From contig SXJP01000036.1 of the NCBI GenBank assembly GCA_005779395.1, forward strand, positions 1,235 through 65,234: a DNA stretch of 64,000 nucleotides, read 5' to 3'. Of this stretch, positions 26,609-35,116 are shown piece after piece. How positions within the stretch are numbered: position 1 is the first letter of the stretch; each line of letters starts with the position of its first letter. The notes beneath the pieces were generated by a model. The model did no database searches and had not been told where the DNA came from. It saw only the letters and a list, made by a program, of their open reading frames with translations. The position numbers were made by a program, and so were the translations under genes. This DNA is from Actinomycetota bacterium. Lineage in GTDB: Bacteria; Actinomycetota; Acidimicrobiia; IMCC26256; PALSA-610.

Positions 26609-27196
26609 ATGAATGAACACCTTTGGTGGTACCTGTCGCGCTCGTCAGGAGTCGTTGCATTCGGTGTACTGACTGCCTCAGTCGCTTTCGGTCTTGTGCT
26701 ATCCACCAGGCTGCTCGGGCGCACCGTTGCGCCAGCATGGCTACTGGAGATACACAGGTACCTCGGCGCTGTTGGCCTAGCCGCAACATTGCTACACATG
26801 GGCGCGCTAGTCGCTGACGGTTACACCGACTTTGGTATCAAAGACTTGCTGGTACCGCTGTCGAGCCACTGGAAGCCGGGGCCAGTCGCGTGGGGCGTCG
26901 TCGCGTTTTGGATATTGGTTGCTATCGAAGCGACATCGTTGCTGATGCGCAAGATTCCACGCAACGTGTGGCATGCAGTCCACATGACAAGCTTCCTCCT
27001 TTTCGCGGCTGCGCTCATGCATGGTTTGCAAGCTGGCACGGATGCGAAAACGCGGATGGCTCAAACCATCGCTATTGCCACGACGATGACAGTGCTGTTC
27101 TTGGGGTTAGTGCGTTACCTCGCCCCACCCCGAGCCGCTAGGCGTCTGCGCGCCGCGGCGGCAAAGGCCGCTGAACAAATTTCGGAAGCGTCATGA
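26609..27196 (+). CDS. Ferric-reductase-like transmembrane protein (MsrQ/YedZ-like, predicted di-haem b), no dehydrogenase domain
   Basis: 195 aa, multi-pass. WWYLSRSSGVVAF N-terminus. His49-x13-His63 and His125-x12-His138 match the bis-haem ligand spacing of ferric reductase domains. Confidence 0.75.
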   Translation: MNEHLWWYLSRSSGVVAFGVLTASVAFGLVLSTRLLGRTVAPAWLLEIHRYLGAVGLAATLLHMGALVADGYTDFGIKDLLVPLSSHWKPGPVAWGVVAFWILVAIEATSLLMRKIPRNVWHAVHMTSFLLFAAALMHGLQAGTDAKTRMAQTIAIATTMTVLFLGLVRYLAPPRAARRLRAAAAKAAEQISEAS

Positions 27197-28101
27197 GCGC
27201 TGTTGAGAACGATCATGCTGAGCGCATCGCGAAACTCAAGGCGAGATCGGCGACTCGACAACAGTCGGAGTCGTCGTCAGCGATAGCAGCTAGCGGAACG
27301 CAAGACGTTGCGCTCACAGTCGCGACCGATTCAACCCAAAAGAAACTAAAGCCGGCTTGGAAATCTGTAAAGATCGCCCTCGCCGTCGTTACCTCCGCTT
27401 TGTTGGTGTTGGCCGCCACCACTGCGACTGTGGACTACTACCGGCGAGCACTCGAGGAGCCTGTAGCGGACCCCACAGGAATGGTGTGGATCCCGACGGG
27501 AAAATACCTTGTTGGTTCGATGACACCCGCGCCCGGGGATATCAAGGCTCGATGGATTCAACTTTCTGGCTTTGCAATCGACAAGCGTCCAGTCTCCACG
27601 CTTGAGTTCATGTTCTTCGCCCAAACTCATCAGGACCTAGCTGAGGCCGAGGGTTGGACGGCCCCAGCATCATCACCGGTGTCCCAAGCCGATCGCGCAC
27701 GCAATGTGCCACTCGCGATGGCGTGGGAATACTGCGCGACTCGCAATGGCAGGTTGCCGACAGAAGCGGAGTGGGATATCGCTGCTCGAGGGCGCGATGG
27801 ACGCACCTATCCATGGGGAAACACGCGTTGGAAGAAATCAACGAAGGATGTCAGCCCCTTCGGTATTCGCGCAATGGTCACTGGTGGCATGGAATGGTTA
27901 GGCGACGCGTTGGTTGCCGCTCCCGGTGGCAAGGTCGTGGTGCGCGGCAGGGTAGGGCCACAATCAAGGATCCGCACGATCAACTATCGCGCCGAGGTGA
28001 CCCCAACTGACCCGGATGTCGAAGCAAACGCAGGATTCAGGTGTGCCGCTACGCATATCGCTAGCCGAGCACCTCTATCGCCTGCATTTGGTAGCAACTA
28101 A
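27193..28101 (+). CDS. Single-pass membrane protein with an FGE/SUMF1-like (formylglycine-generating-enzyme family) ectodomain
   Basis: 302 aa. TM helix IALAVVTSALLVLAATTA. MVWIPTGKYLVGS, WEYCATRNGRLPTEAEWDIAARG, YPWGN and GFRCAA motifs. ATGA overlap with the upstream gene. Confidence 0.8.
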   Translation: MSAVENDHAERIAKLKARSATRQQSESSSAIAASGTQDVALTVATDSTQKKLKPAWKSVKIALAVVTSALLVLAATTATVDYYRRALEEPVADPTGMVWIPTGKYLVGSMTPAPGDIKARWIQLSGFAIDKRPVSTLEFMFFAQTHQDLAEAEGWTAPASSPVSQADRARNVPLAMAWEYCATRNGRLPTEAEWDIAARGRDGRTYPWGNTRWKKSTKDVSPFGIRAMVTGGMEWLGDALVAAPGGKVVVRGRVGPQSRIRTINYRAEVTPTDPDVEANAGFRCAATHIASRAPLSPAFGSN

Positions 28102-28107
28102 TTGATG

Positions 28108-28133
28108 CGACAAGCGTTGTCGTCAGCTTGTCG
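28108..28133. terminator. Hairpin CGACAAGC-N10-GCTTGTCG between convergent genes
   Basis: 8-bp perfect stem spanning the gap between the FGE-like gene stop (28101) and the kinase gene stop (28123). No U-tract follows. Confidence 0.35.
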
Positions 28134-29529
28134 ATCGTGCCGCTTGGAGCCGTAGCGACGCGACGAGTCCGCTTCGCTCGCCGCCACCCGCATGTCTAAG
28201 CGTTGCTTCGCCCCGGCAGGTCTGCGCTAAACGTTGTACGACTGCCAGGCCAACTCCATGACCACCCGGCGCGCTGTGTTCGCCGCGCCAGAAGCGGTTG
28301 AAAGCGCGTGTGAGGTCTTCATTGTCGAGACCTGGGCCATCGTCGATGACTTCGCATACTGCCGATTGCCCCAACTCAAATACCTTGACAACAATCCGAG
28401 TTAGTTGTGGGGCGCACTCGAGTGCATTGTCGATGTAGTTGTCGATGATCTCGTCGGCAGCGCCATCAACTGCGCGTGCACCGAGTGAAGCAGGAATATC
28501 ACACGTTAATTCCACCCCAGCTTCCGTGACGAGTGGCTCCCACGCTAGGCATCTGTCGCGTACGACCGCGGCGAGGTCAATATCGACGATAGGCGCGCCG
28601 GTTTGGTCGGAACGCGCTATAGCGAGCAGGCCCTCGACCGTCCGGCTGAGGCGGTGCAATTCGGTGTTGGTGGCTTCTAGAGGTGCCCTGGTCGGAGAAT
28701 CGGGCTCAACCATTGCGAGAATCTGCTCTAGGCGGAGTTGCATAGTCGTGAGAGGTGTGCGCAACTGGTGGCTCACGTCGCCGGTGAATTCGCGTTGTTG
28801 TGCGACGACGCGTTCGAGTTGATCAACCATCGCGTTGAAGTCTTCGCCGAGCGACTTGATTTCAGGAGGGCCATCGGAGACGTTGGCGCGGCTCTTGAAT
28901 TCTCCACCCGCTATGAGGCCGGTCGTGCGACGCAGTTGACGCAACGGTTCGGTGATAGTTCGAGCAAGGACCCAACCCAGTCCTGCTGCGAGGAGTAATG
29001 AAATTAGAGCTGCGATAGCTATGCCTTGCAAGCGAGTGGTTGCTCTCGCTGAAACGTCGCTTGCTGGCCGCGCGAACTCAACTACGCCGATCGTGCGGCT
29101 ACCAGAAAGGACGGGGACGGCAACGTAAAGCATCGAGATACCAGTCTTGGAGTCTGTGCGGGTTCCGCTGTTGCGAATGCCTCGCAGCGCTAACGCGATG
29201 GACTGGTTGGGTTGAGTCGCGATGGGCGCTTGCGTATCGGTGGCGACGAGCAGTTGCGAGTCAGCATCGAATATGGAAATTGCGCTGTTTGATGTCTCGC
29301 TGTAGACCTCGGCGGCTGCTCTCACTTCATCGACTACGAGTTCATTGCCTTCTTCGGCAGCTTCGATGTCCTCTTCTGTCAGCCCCGCCAACGTGAACGC
29401 ATCTCGCTCCATTGACGTTGTCACACGATCGCGCTCTACTGAGCGGAGGTGCGCGACGAGAGGTACGTCGTGTACCAACAACACGAGGAGAGTCAGGCCG
29501 ACGAATACGGCAAGTAGTCGTCTAGTCAT
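28123..29529 (-). CDS. Sensor histidine kinase (two TM segments, HAMP, HisKA, HATPase)
   Basis: 468 aa. H-box FTGDVSHQLRTPL, N-box and G-boxes (DDGPGL, GGHGVGLAV). Confidence 0.9.
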   Translation of the reverse strand: MTRRLLAVFVGLTLLVLLVHDVPLVAHLRSVERDRVTTSMERDAFTLAGLTEEDIEAAEEGNELVVDEVRAAAEVYSETSNSAISIFDADSQLLVATDTQAPIATQPNQSIALALRGIRNSGTRTDSKTGISMLYVAVPVLSGSRTIGVVEFARPASDVSARATTRLQGIAIAALISLLLAAGLGWVLARTITEPLRQLRRTTGLIAGGEFKSRANVSDGPPEIKSLGEDFNAMVDQLERVVAQQREFTGDVSHQLRTPLTTMQLRLEQILAMVEPDSPTRAPLEATNTELHRLSRTVEGLLAIARSDQTGAPIVDIDLAAVVRDRCLAWEPLVTEAGVELTCDIPASLGARAVDGAADEIIDNYIDNALECAPQLTRIVVKVFELGQSAVCEVIDDGPGLDNEDLTRAFNRFWRGEHSAPGGHGVGLAVVQRLAQTCRGEATLRHAGGGERSGLVASLRLQAARSTS

Positions 29530-30218
29530 TCGTTGTTGCGCAATCGGAATCCGACACCTCGTACGGCTTCAATCCAGTTCGGGTCGCCGAGCTTGCGGCG
29601 GATGGCCGCTACATGCGCGTCGAGTGTCTTGGTCGGGCCATACCAGTGCGTGTCCCAGACATGTTCCATGATTTCGTGTCGTTGGCGAACCGCGCCTGCG
29701 TCGCTTGCGAGAAATGCCAGTACGTCGAATTCTTTGGCTGTAAACAGAATTTCCGCGCCATCGAGCGTGACCCTCCTAGTTCTGCGGTCCAAGCAGAGAC
29801 GCCCAGCATCGTCGATTGGTGTGCTGCGTTCGCCCTCGGGATTGCCGGTGGCCAAATCGGGTCTCGAACGACGTTGTACGGCGCGTATCCGCGCGACGAG
29901 TTCGCGACTGCTGAAGGGTTTGACGACGTAGTCATCGGCGCCTTCTTCTAAGCCGAGTACTCGGTCTAGTTCTGCTTCGCGAGCGGTAAGCATGATCACC
30001 GGAACGTCGCTCGTCACGCGTAACCGTCGGCATACTTCATGGCCATCGAGGTCTGGCAAATTGAGATCGAGCAAAACCATGTCCGGCTCGAAGCACACGA
30101 GCGTTTTGAGCGCCTCGCTGCCAGTGGAGCATCGGATCGGATCGAATCCAACTTGGACCAACATCTCAACCAACGTCGCCGCGAGTGCTTCGTCATCCTC
30201 AACAATCAAGATTTTCAC
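29526..30218 (-). CDS. Response regulator, OmpR/PhoB family
   Basis: 230 aa. Receiver MKILIVEDDE...DLNLPDLDG and a winged-helix C-terminus. 4-bp overlap with the kinase gene. Confidence 0.9.
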   Translation of the reverse strand: MKILIVEDDEALAATLVEMLVQVGFDPIRCSTGSEALKTLVCFEPDMVLLDLNLPDLDGHEVCRRLRVTSDVPVIMLTAREAELDRVLGLEEGADDYVVKPFSSRELVARIRAVQRRSRPDLATGNPEGERSTPIDDAGRLCLDRRTRRVTLDGAEILFTAKEFDVLAFLASDAGAVRQRHEIMEHVWDTHWYGPTKTLDAHVAAIRRKLGDPNWIEAVRGVGFRLRNNE

Positions 30219-30331
30219 TGTGTCAGATTCGCGCCGATAAACGCGGCGTTCCTCTGAATTTGACGAATCTTGGATATGTCGTGGGAGCTTCTTCTGTGTT
30301 TGTTCATGTTCTTGCTCGTAAAGTCTTGGGA

Positions 30332-31039
30332 ATGAGGCGTCGCATCACAATCATCCTTGCCGCAACCAGTGTCACGGTCGCGACGGTAGCGGCCGCGTTT
30401 GCGTCGAATGCTGCATTCTCTATCAATGAGGATTCGAGTGTTGCAGCGCCGGTTCCTGGTATTGGCACGGTGCCAGAACTCGACACAAGTGCTTTCGGAA
30501 ACGATGGCATCGAAGGAGTGTTAGTCAAAGACCGGCCGAACGATCACGCGTATGCCGCGGGCGAAGCCGGATGGGTTGTGCTGCGCAATGGCGTCGACGT
30601 CCTGACTCTCGTTGAAGTCGTGCCTAGCTCTGGCTGGCGGACCGACCGAACAACCACGGAACGTCGTCTTGGGATTCCTTTAGTTGAAGTTGTCCTGACG
30701 AAAGGTACTCGCCAAGTCGAGTTCACGGCGTTGCTCGTGGAGGGCGAAATTATTGCCAGAGTTGAACTCGAAGACAAACACGATGAATCGAACGAAAGCG
30801 GCGAAGGCACAGGCGACCACGACGATGACAGCACACCTGCGCACGGGTCGGGTCGCGGGACAAGTGGTGGGTCGGAGGACGACCCCACACCTACCACAGA
30901 TGACGACTTGCAGGGCGCGACCGAGACGACCGACGACGAACATGACGAACATGACGAACATGACGAACCACCGGAACCACCGGAACCACCGGAACCACCG
31001 GAACCACCGGAACCACCGGAACCACCGGAGGTCAACTAG
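30332..31039 (+). CDS. Exported protein with acidic/His-rich C-terminal tail (DEH)3(PPE)7
   Basis: Start chosen at ATG 30332 (MRRRITIILAATSVTVATVAAAFA, signal/anchor). It has a beta-rich central region. The tail is encoded by 9-bp tandem repeats. Confidence 0.6.
   Translation: MRRRITIILAATSVTVATVAAAFASNAAFSINEDSSVAAPVPGIGTVPELDTSAFGNDGIEGVLVKDRPNDHAYAAGEAGWVVLRNGVDVLTLVEVVPSSGWRTDRTTTERRLGIPLVEVVLTKGTRQVEFTALLVEGEIIARVELEDKHDESNESGEGTGDHDDDSTPAHGSGRGTSGGSEDDPTPTTDDDLQGATETTDDEHDEHDEHDEPPEPPEPPEPPEPPEPPEPPEVN
30935..31030 (+). repeat. Two abutting 9-bp tandem repeats: GACGAACAT x3 (+GACGAA), then CCACCGGAA x7
   Basis: Read directly from the sequence. In frame, it encodes DEHDEHDEHDE(PPE)7 at the C-terminus of the 30332..31039 product. 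Confidence 0.95.
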
Positions 31040-31165
31040 TACTCCGACGCGAGTACACGAAGCGGCGTGATCGTGGCGGTTCGTTGGTCTAAAGCACTGC
31101 GTGAAGGCTAGCTAGAGTTCGGCTCAGCTAGGCGGGCCGCCACACAAACACAAAGGACCACTCGA

Positions 31166-31999
31166 ATGCACGATCCACTGCTGTACGAAGGCAAGCGAGT
31201 CGTAGTTACCGGTTGCGCATCCGGAATGGGTGAAGCAGTAGCCACAATTCTTGTCGAACTTGGTGCCGAAGTGATCGGCCTCGACGTGAAGCCCACGAAT
31301 GTTGCTGTAAAGACCTACATTCAGGTAGACCTGAAAGACAAGGCCTCGATAGATGCTGCGGTCTCTGAGATCGGCGCAGGAATCGATTCAATCTTCAGCA
31401 TCGCAGGCCTTCCTGGCTCTCCTTTCAGCGATCTCGACACAGTGCTCGTGAACTTTGTGGGGGCGCGGTATCTCGTTGAATCGCTGCTACCCGTGCTCAA
31501 CGCAGGAGCGTCGATTATTTGCACCGCTTCGAATGCTGGTCTTGGATGGCAGCAGGATCTTGAGGCTCTGATGCCAGCGGTTGCGACCCCTGGTTTCGAT
31601 GAAGGGAAGGCGTGGTGCGAGGCTAACCCCGAGGCGATAATCACTGGTTACTACCCATCTAAGAAGTTGTTGAACGCGTGGGTCGCTTGGCGTGGAGCGC
31701 AACTGATGCAACAAGGCATTCGCTTGAACTGCGCGAATCCTGGACCGACTGACAGCGCCATGATGCCGGCGCTCGAAGTGCAAAATGGCAAGGCGATGAT
31801 CGACGCTTTCGTCGGCCCGTCTGGCCGTCGAGCCTCGTCAGCAGAACAGGCATGGCCGATGGTGTTTCTTAACAGTCCACGGTGCTCTTATGTTGCGGCC
31901 GAAGCGATTCACATTGATGGGGGGTTCCTCGGTGCAATGACGACAGGGCAGATCGATGTCAACGCAATCTTGGCAGACCTGAGTTCGACCGCGGGCTAG
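31166..31999 (+). CDS. Short-chain dehydrogenase/reductase (SDR)
   Basis: 277 aa. VVVTGCASGMGEA glycine motif and YPSKK (YxxxK). Confidence 0.8.
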   Translation: MHDPLLYEGKRVVVTGCASGMGEAVATILVELGAEVIGLDVKPTNVAVKTYIQVDLKDKASIDAAVSEIGAGIDSIFSIAGLPGSPFSDLDTVLVNFVGARYLVESLLPVLNAGASIICTASNAGLGWQQDLEALMPAVATPGFDEGKAWCEANPEAIITGYYPSKKLLNAWVAWRGAQLMQQGIRLNCANPGPTDSAMMPALEVQNGKAMIDAFVGPSGRRASSAEQAWPMVFLNSPRCSYVAAEAIHIDGGFLGAMTTGQIDVNAILADLSSTAG

Positions 32000-32017
32000 A
32001 AAGTAACGTCAGCTCGT

Positions 32018-32767
32018 ATGAGCGAAGTTTCTGGAGCGCCTGAACGCGCTCATCATGCCAACATCAACACCGAATCGAGGCGCCGCAAGGCAGTAAAGAT
32101 TGTCACGATCCTCGAGCGCCGCGCGCCTCTAAAGGCGGCGAACGTGCTCGACATCGGCACGGGCGCCGGAGTTATCGCAGCGACATTCGCCGAGGCAACT
32201 GGACCCGATGGTGCAGTGGAGTCGGTAGACGTCGTCGATGTTCGCGTTGAGATGACCGGTTACAACTACCAGCAGGTCGATGGCACCGAACTGCCGTTCG
32301 CAGATCAGTCGTTTGACTTTGTCGTTTCGAATCATGTGATCGAGCACACCGGTGGGCCAACGGACCAACGTAACCATCTCAGGGAAATCGCGCGGGTGTT
32401 GCGACCCGACGGCGTGGCGTACTTGGCGGTTCCGAATCGTTACGGCCCGATCGAGCCGCACTTCAAGTTGCCCTTGCTCTCATGGTTGCCACAGCGCCTA
32501 GCAGACCGCTACGTACGAGTTGCGCGACGCGGTACCCATTACGACTGTCGTTTGCTCACGCGTAGCGAACTGTCCGCGATGGCGCACTCGGCAGGACTGC
32601 TAGTCGAGGATTGCACATTGGAAGTCACAGGTCTCGTGCGGGACTCCGAAGCCGGAGCGATTGTTCGAGGGCTGCTCAACGCGCCGGACAATGTGTTGCG
32701 TCTCGGGTTGCCGGTAATCCCGACTTTCGTGTTCTTGCTGCGACGCAAAGATGGAAGCGACACCTAA
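32018..32767 (+). CDS. Class I SAM-dependent methyltransferase
   Basis: 249 aa. VLDIGTGAGVIA motif I and FDFVVSNHVIEH. Confidence 0.8.
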   Translation: MSEVSGAPERAHHANINTESRRRKAVKIVTILERRAPLKAANVLDIGTGAGVIAATFAEATGPDGAVESVDVVDVRVEMTGYNYQQVDGTELPFADQSFDFVVSNHVIEHTGGPTDQRNHLREIARVLRPDGVAYLAVPNRYGPIEPHFKLPLLSWLPQRLADRYVRVARRGTHYDCRLLTRSELSAMAHSAGLLVEDCTLEVTGLVRDSEAGAIVRGLLNAPDNVLRLGLPVIPTFVFLLRRKDGSDT

Positions 32768-32958
32768 GGACCGCTCCGATGCGCCACGAGTTTGACTCGT
32801 GGTGTAGTGTGGCACGTCGGTCTTTTTTGACCTTCGTTTCGCTCTCTAGGGCCCCGTTCGATGAAGGGTCCGCCTCGATGGTGTTGCTGAATGTTGGCGC
32901 TGCTCGAGCCGAGTGCGTCCCAACAACCGCCATCGACCCTTATAGGAGCAGTTTCTTC

Positions 32959-34389
32959 GTGTCATTTTCAGATCTCGGCGTTCCAGCCGACCTTGTCGCG
33001 GCACTTGCCGCGCTCAACATCACTGAGCCTTTTCCAATTCAAGCCGCAACAATTGCGGACGCTCTCGCGGGCCGCGACGTATGCGGCAAGGCGCCGACAG
33101 GAAGCGGCAAGACGCTCGCTTTCGGTGTGCCGCTAGTGGCCCGCGTGCCCAAAGCCAAGCCAAGGCGCCCTCGCGCACTCGTCCTCGCACCAACTCGCGA
33201 GCTAGCGGCGCAAATTCAAAAAGAGTTACAGCCACTCGCTGCAGCGCGCGGAATGCGAGTCTTCAGCGTTTACGGCGGCGTGAGCTACGAGCCACAGAAG
33301 CGCGCGATGCGCAACGGTGTCGAAATTCTTGTCGCATGCCCAGGGCGTCTCGAGGATCTCATCGAGCAACGTGCTGTGCGCCTCGACGCTGTAGAGATCA
33401 TGGTCATCGACGAAGCCGACCGCATGGCCGACATGGGCTTCATGCCGTCGGTGTGTCGACTACTCGACCAAACGGCAGAAGACCGCCAGACGATTCTGTT
33501 CTCCGCGACTCTCGATGGCGACATCGCTGTCCTTACTCGTGAGTACCAGAACTCACCGGTGCGTCATGAAGTCGAAGCACCAGAGGATGACTGGGCACTA
33601 GCTGAGCACATCTTCGAAGATCTCGGCCCAGACGACCGGATCGACCGCGCGGCTGCAGTGATAGATGAGTCTGGCCCGACGATTGTGTTCACTCACACGC
33701 GTCGCGGAGCCGACCGTGTTGCCCAGCGTCTAAGTACCGCTGGTGTTGCCGCTGCCCCAATTCATGGAGGGCTTTCTCAGGCTCGACGTGACAAGGCACT
33801 GCATGCATTTCGCAAAGGCCATGTTGCGGCGCTAATTGCCACCGACGTAGCTGCTCGAGGTATTCATGTCAACGACGTTGCGTGCGTATTGCACTTCGAT
33901 CCGCCGGTAGACACCAAGACCTACGTTCACCGATCAGGGCGTACAGCGCGTGCAGGAGCGGCTGGCAAAGTCGTGTCGTTCGTGACACGTGACCAGCGCA
34001 AGGCATCGTTGAGACTGCGTCGCGAGCTTGGCCTCGGTGCTCCCGCTGAGGGAACGAGCCACCGCTCAGAGACATCAGAGAACCACAGCGCGCCGAGCAG
34101 GAATCGTTCCCCGCAGGGTCGCTCGTTCGAGAACCGTTCGTCGGAAGGCCGTAGTAATCGGGGTCGTTCGTCTGAGGGTCGTCGTGAGGGTGGTTTTCAG
34201 GGTCGTTCGAATTCTGAGGGTCGTTCAAACTCGAACTCTGAGGGGCGCGTTTATCAGGGTCGTTCGAACTCGAGCTCGTCTGGCGCGAGTGGTCGCTCTG
34301 GTGGTTACAAGGGCAAGTCGAGTTCCGCGCCGAGTCGTGCTAAGTCTGCGAGCGATCGGGGACGCAAGTCCACGCCGAACAGTCGGTAG
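32959..34389 (+). CDS. DEAD-box ATP-dependent RNA helicase with Arg/Ser/Gly-rich C-terminal tail
   Basis: GTG 32959 lies 9 nt after AGGAGC (VSFSDLGVPADL). Q-motif, APTGSGKTLAF, DEAD, SAT and HRSGRTARAG are present. The ~110-aa tail contains degenerate EGRSN repeats. Confidence 0.9.
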   Translation: MSFSDLGVPADLVAALAALNITEPFPIQAATIADALAGRDVCGKAPTGSGKTLAFGVPLVARVPKAKPRRPRALVLAPTRELAAQIQKELQPLAAARGMRVFSVYGGVSYEPQKRAMRNGVEILVACPGRLEDLIEQRAVRLDAVEIMVIDEADRMADMGFMPSVCRLLDQTAEDRQTILFSATLDGDIAVLTREYQNSPVRHEVEAPEDDWALAEHIFEDLGPDDRIDRAAAVIDESGPTIVFTHTRRGADRVAQRLSTAGVAAAPIHGGLSQARRDKALHAFRKGHVAALIATDVAARGIHVNDVACVLHFDPPVDTKTYVHRSGRTARAGAAGKVVSFVTRDQRKASLRLRRELGLGAPAEGTSHRSETSENHSAPSRNRSPQGRSFENRSSEGRSNRGRSSEGRREGGFQGRSNSEGRSNSNSEGRVYQGRSNSSSSGASGRSGGYKGKSSSAPSRAKSASDRGRKSTPNSR

Positions 34390-34402
34390 TCTGGCGTTGC
34401 AG

Positions 34403-34422
34403 CTCAGCTCCAACTAGCTGAG
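34403..34422 (+). terminator. Hairpin CTCAGCT-N6-AGCTGAG after the DEAD-box helicase gene
   Basis: 7-bp perfect stem 14 nt after the stop at 34389. No U-tract follows. Confidence 0.3.
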
Positions 34423-34436
34423 GTACGGTCGAGCGC

Positions 34437-35096
34437 ATGAGTCGTGTCCGGGTCGGTTTCTTCTCATTCACAGAAGTAACTGATCCGGCCGCCCACGCCG
34501 CGTACAACGAGTGGCACATGTTCGATCACATGCCCGAGCAATTCCAGATACCTGGAATTGCGCATGGTCAACGATGGGTGCTCACGCCAGATCAGGCGGA
34601 GCGAGCCACTTTGAACGCTCCACTCGATCGAATCCATTATGTCACTCTGTACCTGATGTCAGAGCCAGTGGTCGAGACCCTTGATGCGTTCGCGGAGCTA
34701 GGCGCACACTTGCACTCGATGCCCGACCGTTGGTTCGAATCACGCCGCTCTCACGTGTCGGGGCCGTGGAGTCTCGCTGAGATGGCGGTCTCGCCAACGT
34801 TGAAAGTCTCCGCGGATGCGTTGCCAGTTAGGCCACATCGCGCGATTCACGTAACTGTTGGAGGCTCATGTGACCTCGAGCCGATATGCAACGCGACCGG
34901 TGTAGCTGGGGCATGGAAGTTCGAACCAGATGAGCACCTTCGCAGTCGAGTTCGAGGCAACGTGGTTGCGCCCATCAGAGTGGTGTGGCTTAACGATCTC
35001 GACGCTGAGATAAGGGTCGAAGAAGACGTGTTCTTCGCGGCGCGCCTGACACCCATTACGCCTCGGCAATGGGACTGGTTCGATATTTCGCGCTAG
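34437..35096 (+). CDS. Hypothetical protein (EthD-like / ferredoxin-fold N-terminal half)
   Basis: 219 aa. AAHAAYNEWHMFDHMPE resembles EthD-type motifs. No catalytic assignment. Confidence 0.45.
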   Translation: MSRVRVGFFSFTEVTDPAAHAAYNEWHMFDHMPEQFQIPGIAHGQRWVLTPDQAERATLNAPLDRIHYVTLYLMSEPVVETLDAFAELGAHLHSMPDRWFESRRSHVSGPWSLAEMAVSPTLKVSADALPVRPHRAIHVTVGGSCDLEPICNATGVAGAWKFEPDEHLRSRVRGNVVAPIRVVWLNDLDAEIRVEEDVFFAARLTPITPRQWDWFDISR

Positions 35097-35116
35097 AAGT
35101 TTGCATACTTGGCACC

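Noticed and set aside
30544-31035. Minus-strand 163-aa ORF with (SGG)n start
   Set aside because: It is the antisense reading of the PPE/DEH repeats and acidic linker. The plus-strand gene has a signal peptide and a coherent architecture.
32611-32958. 116-aa N-terminal extension of the DEAD-box helicase ORF
   Set aside because: It overlaps the methyltransferase gene. GTG 32959 has a good AGGAGC RBS and yields the typical helicase N-terminus.
34720-34760. tRNA-like T-loop sequence GGTTCGAATC
   Set aside because: No flanking T-stem, acceptor stem or anticodon arm can be drawn. It lies inside the 34437..35096 coding frame (DRWFESRR).
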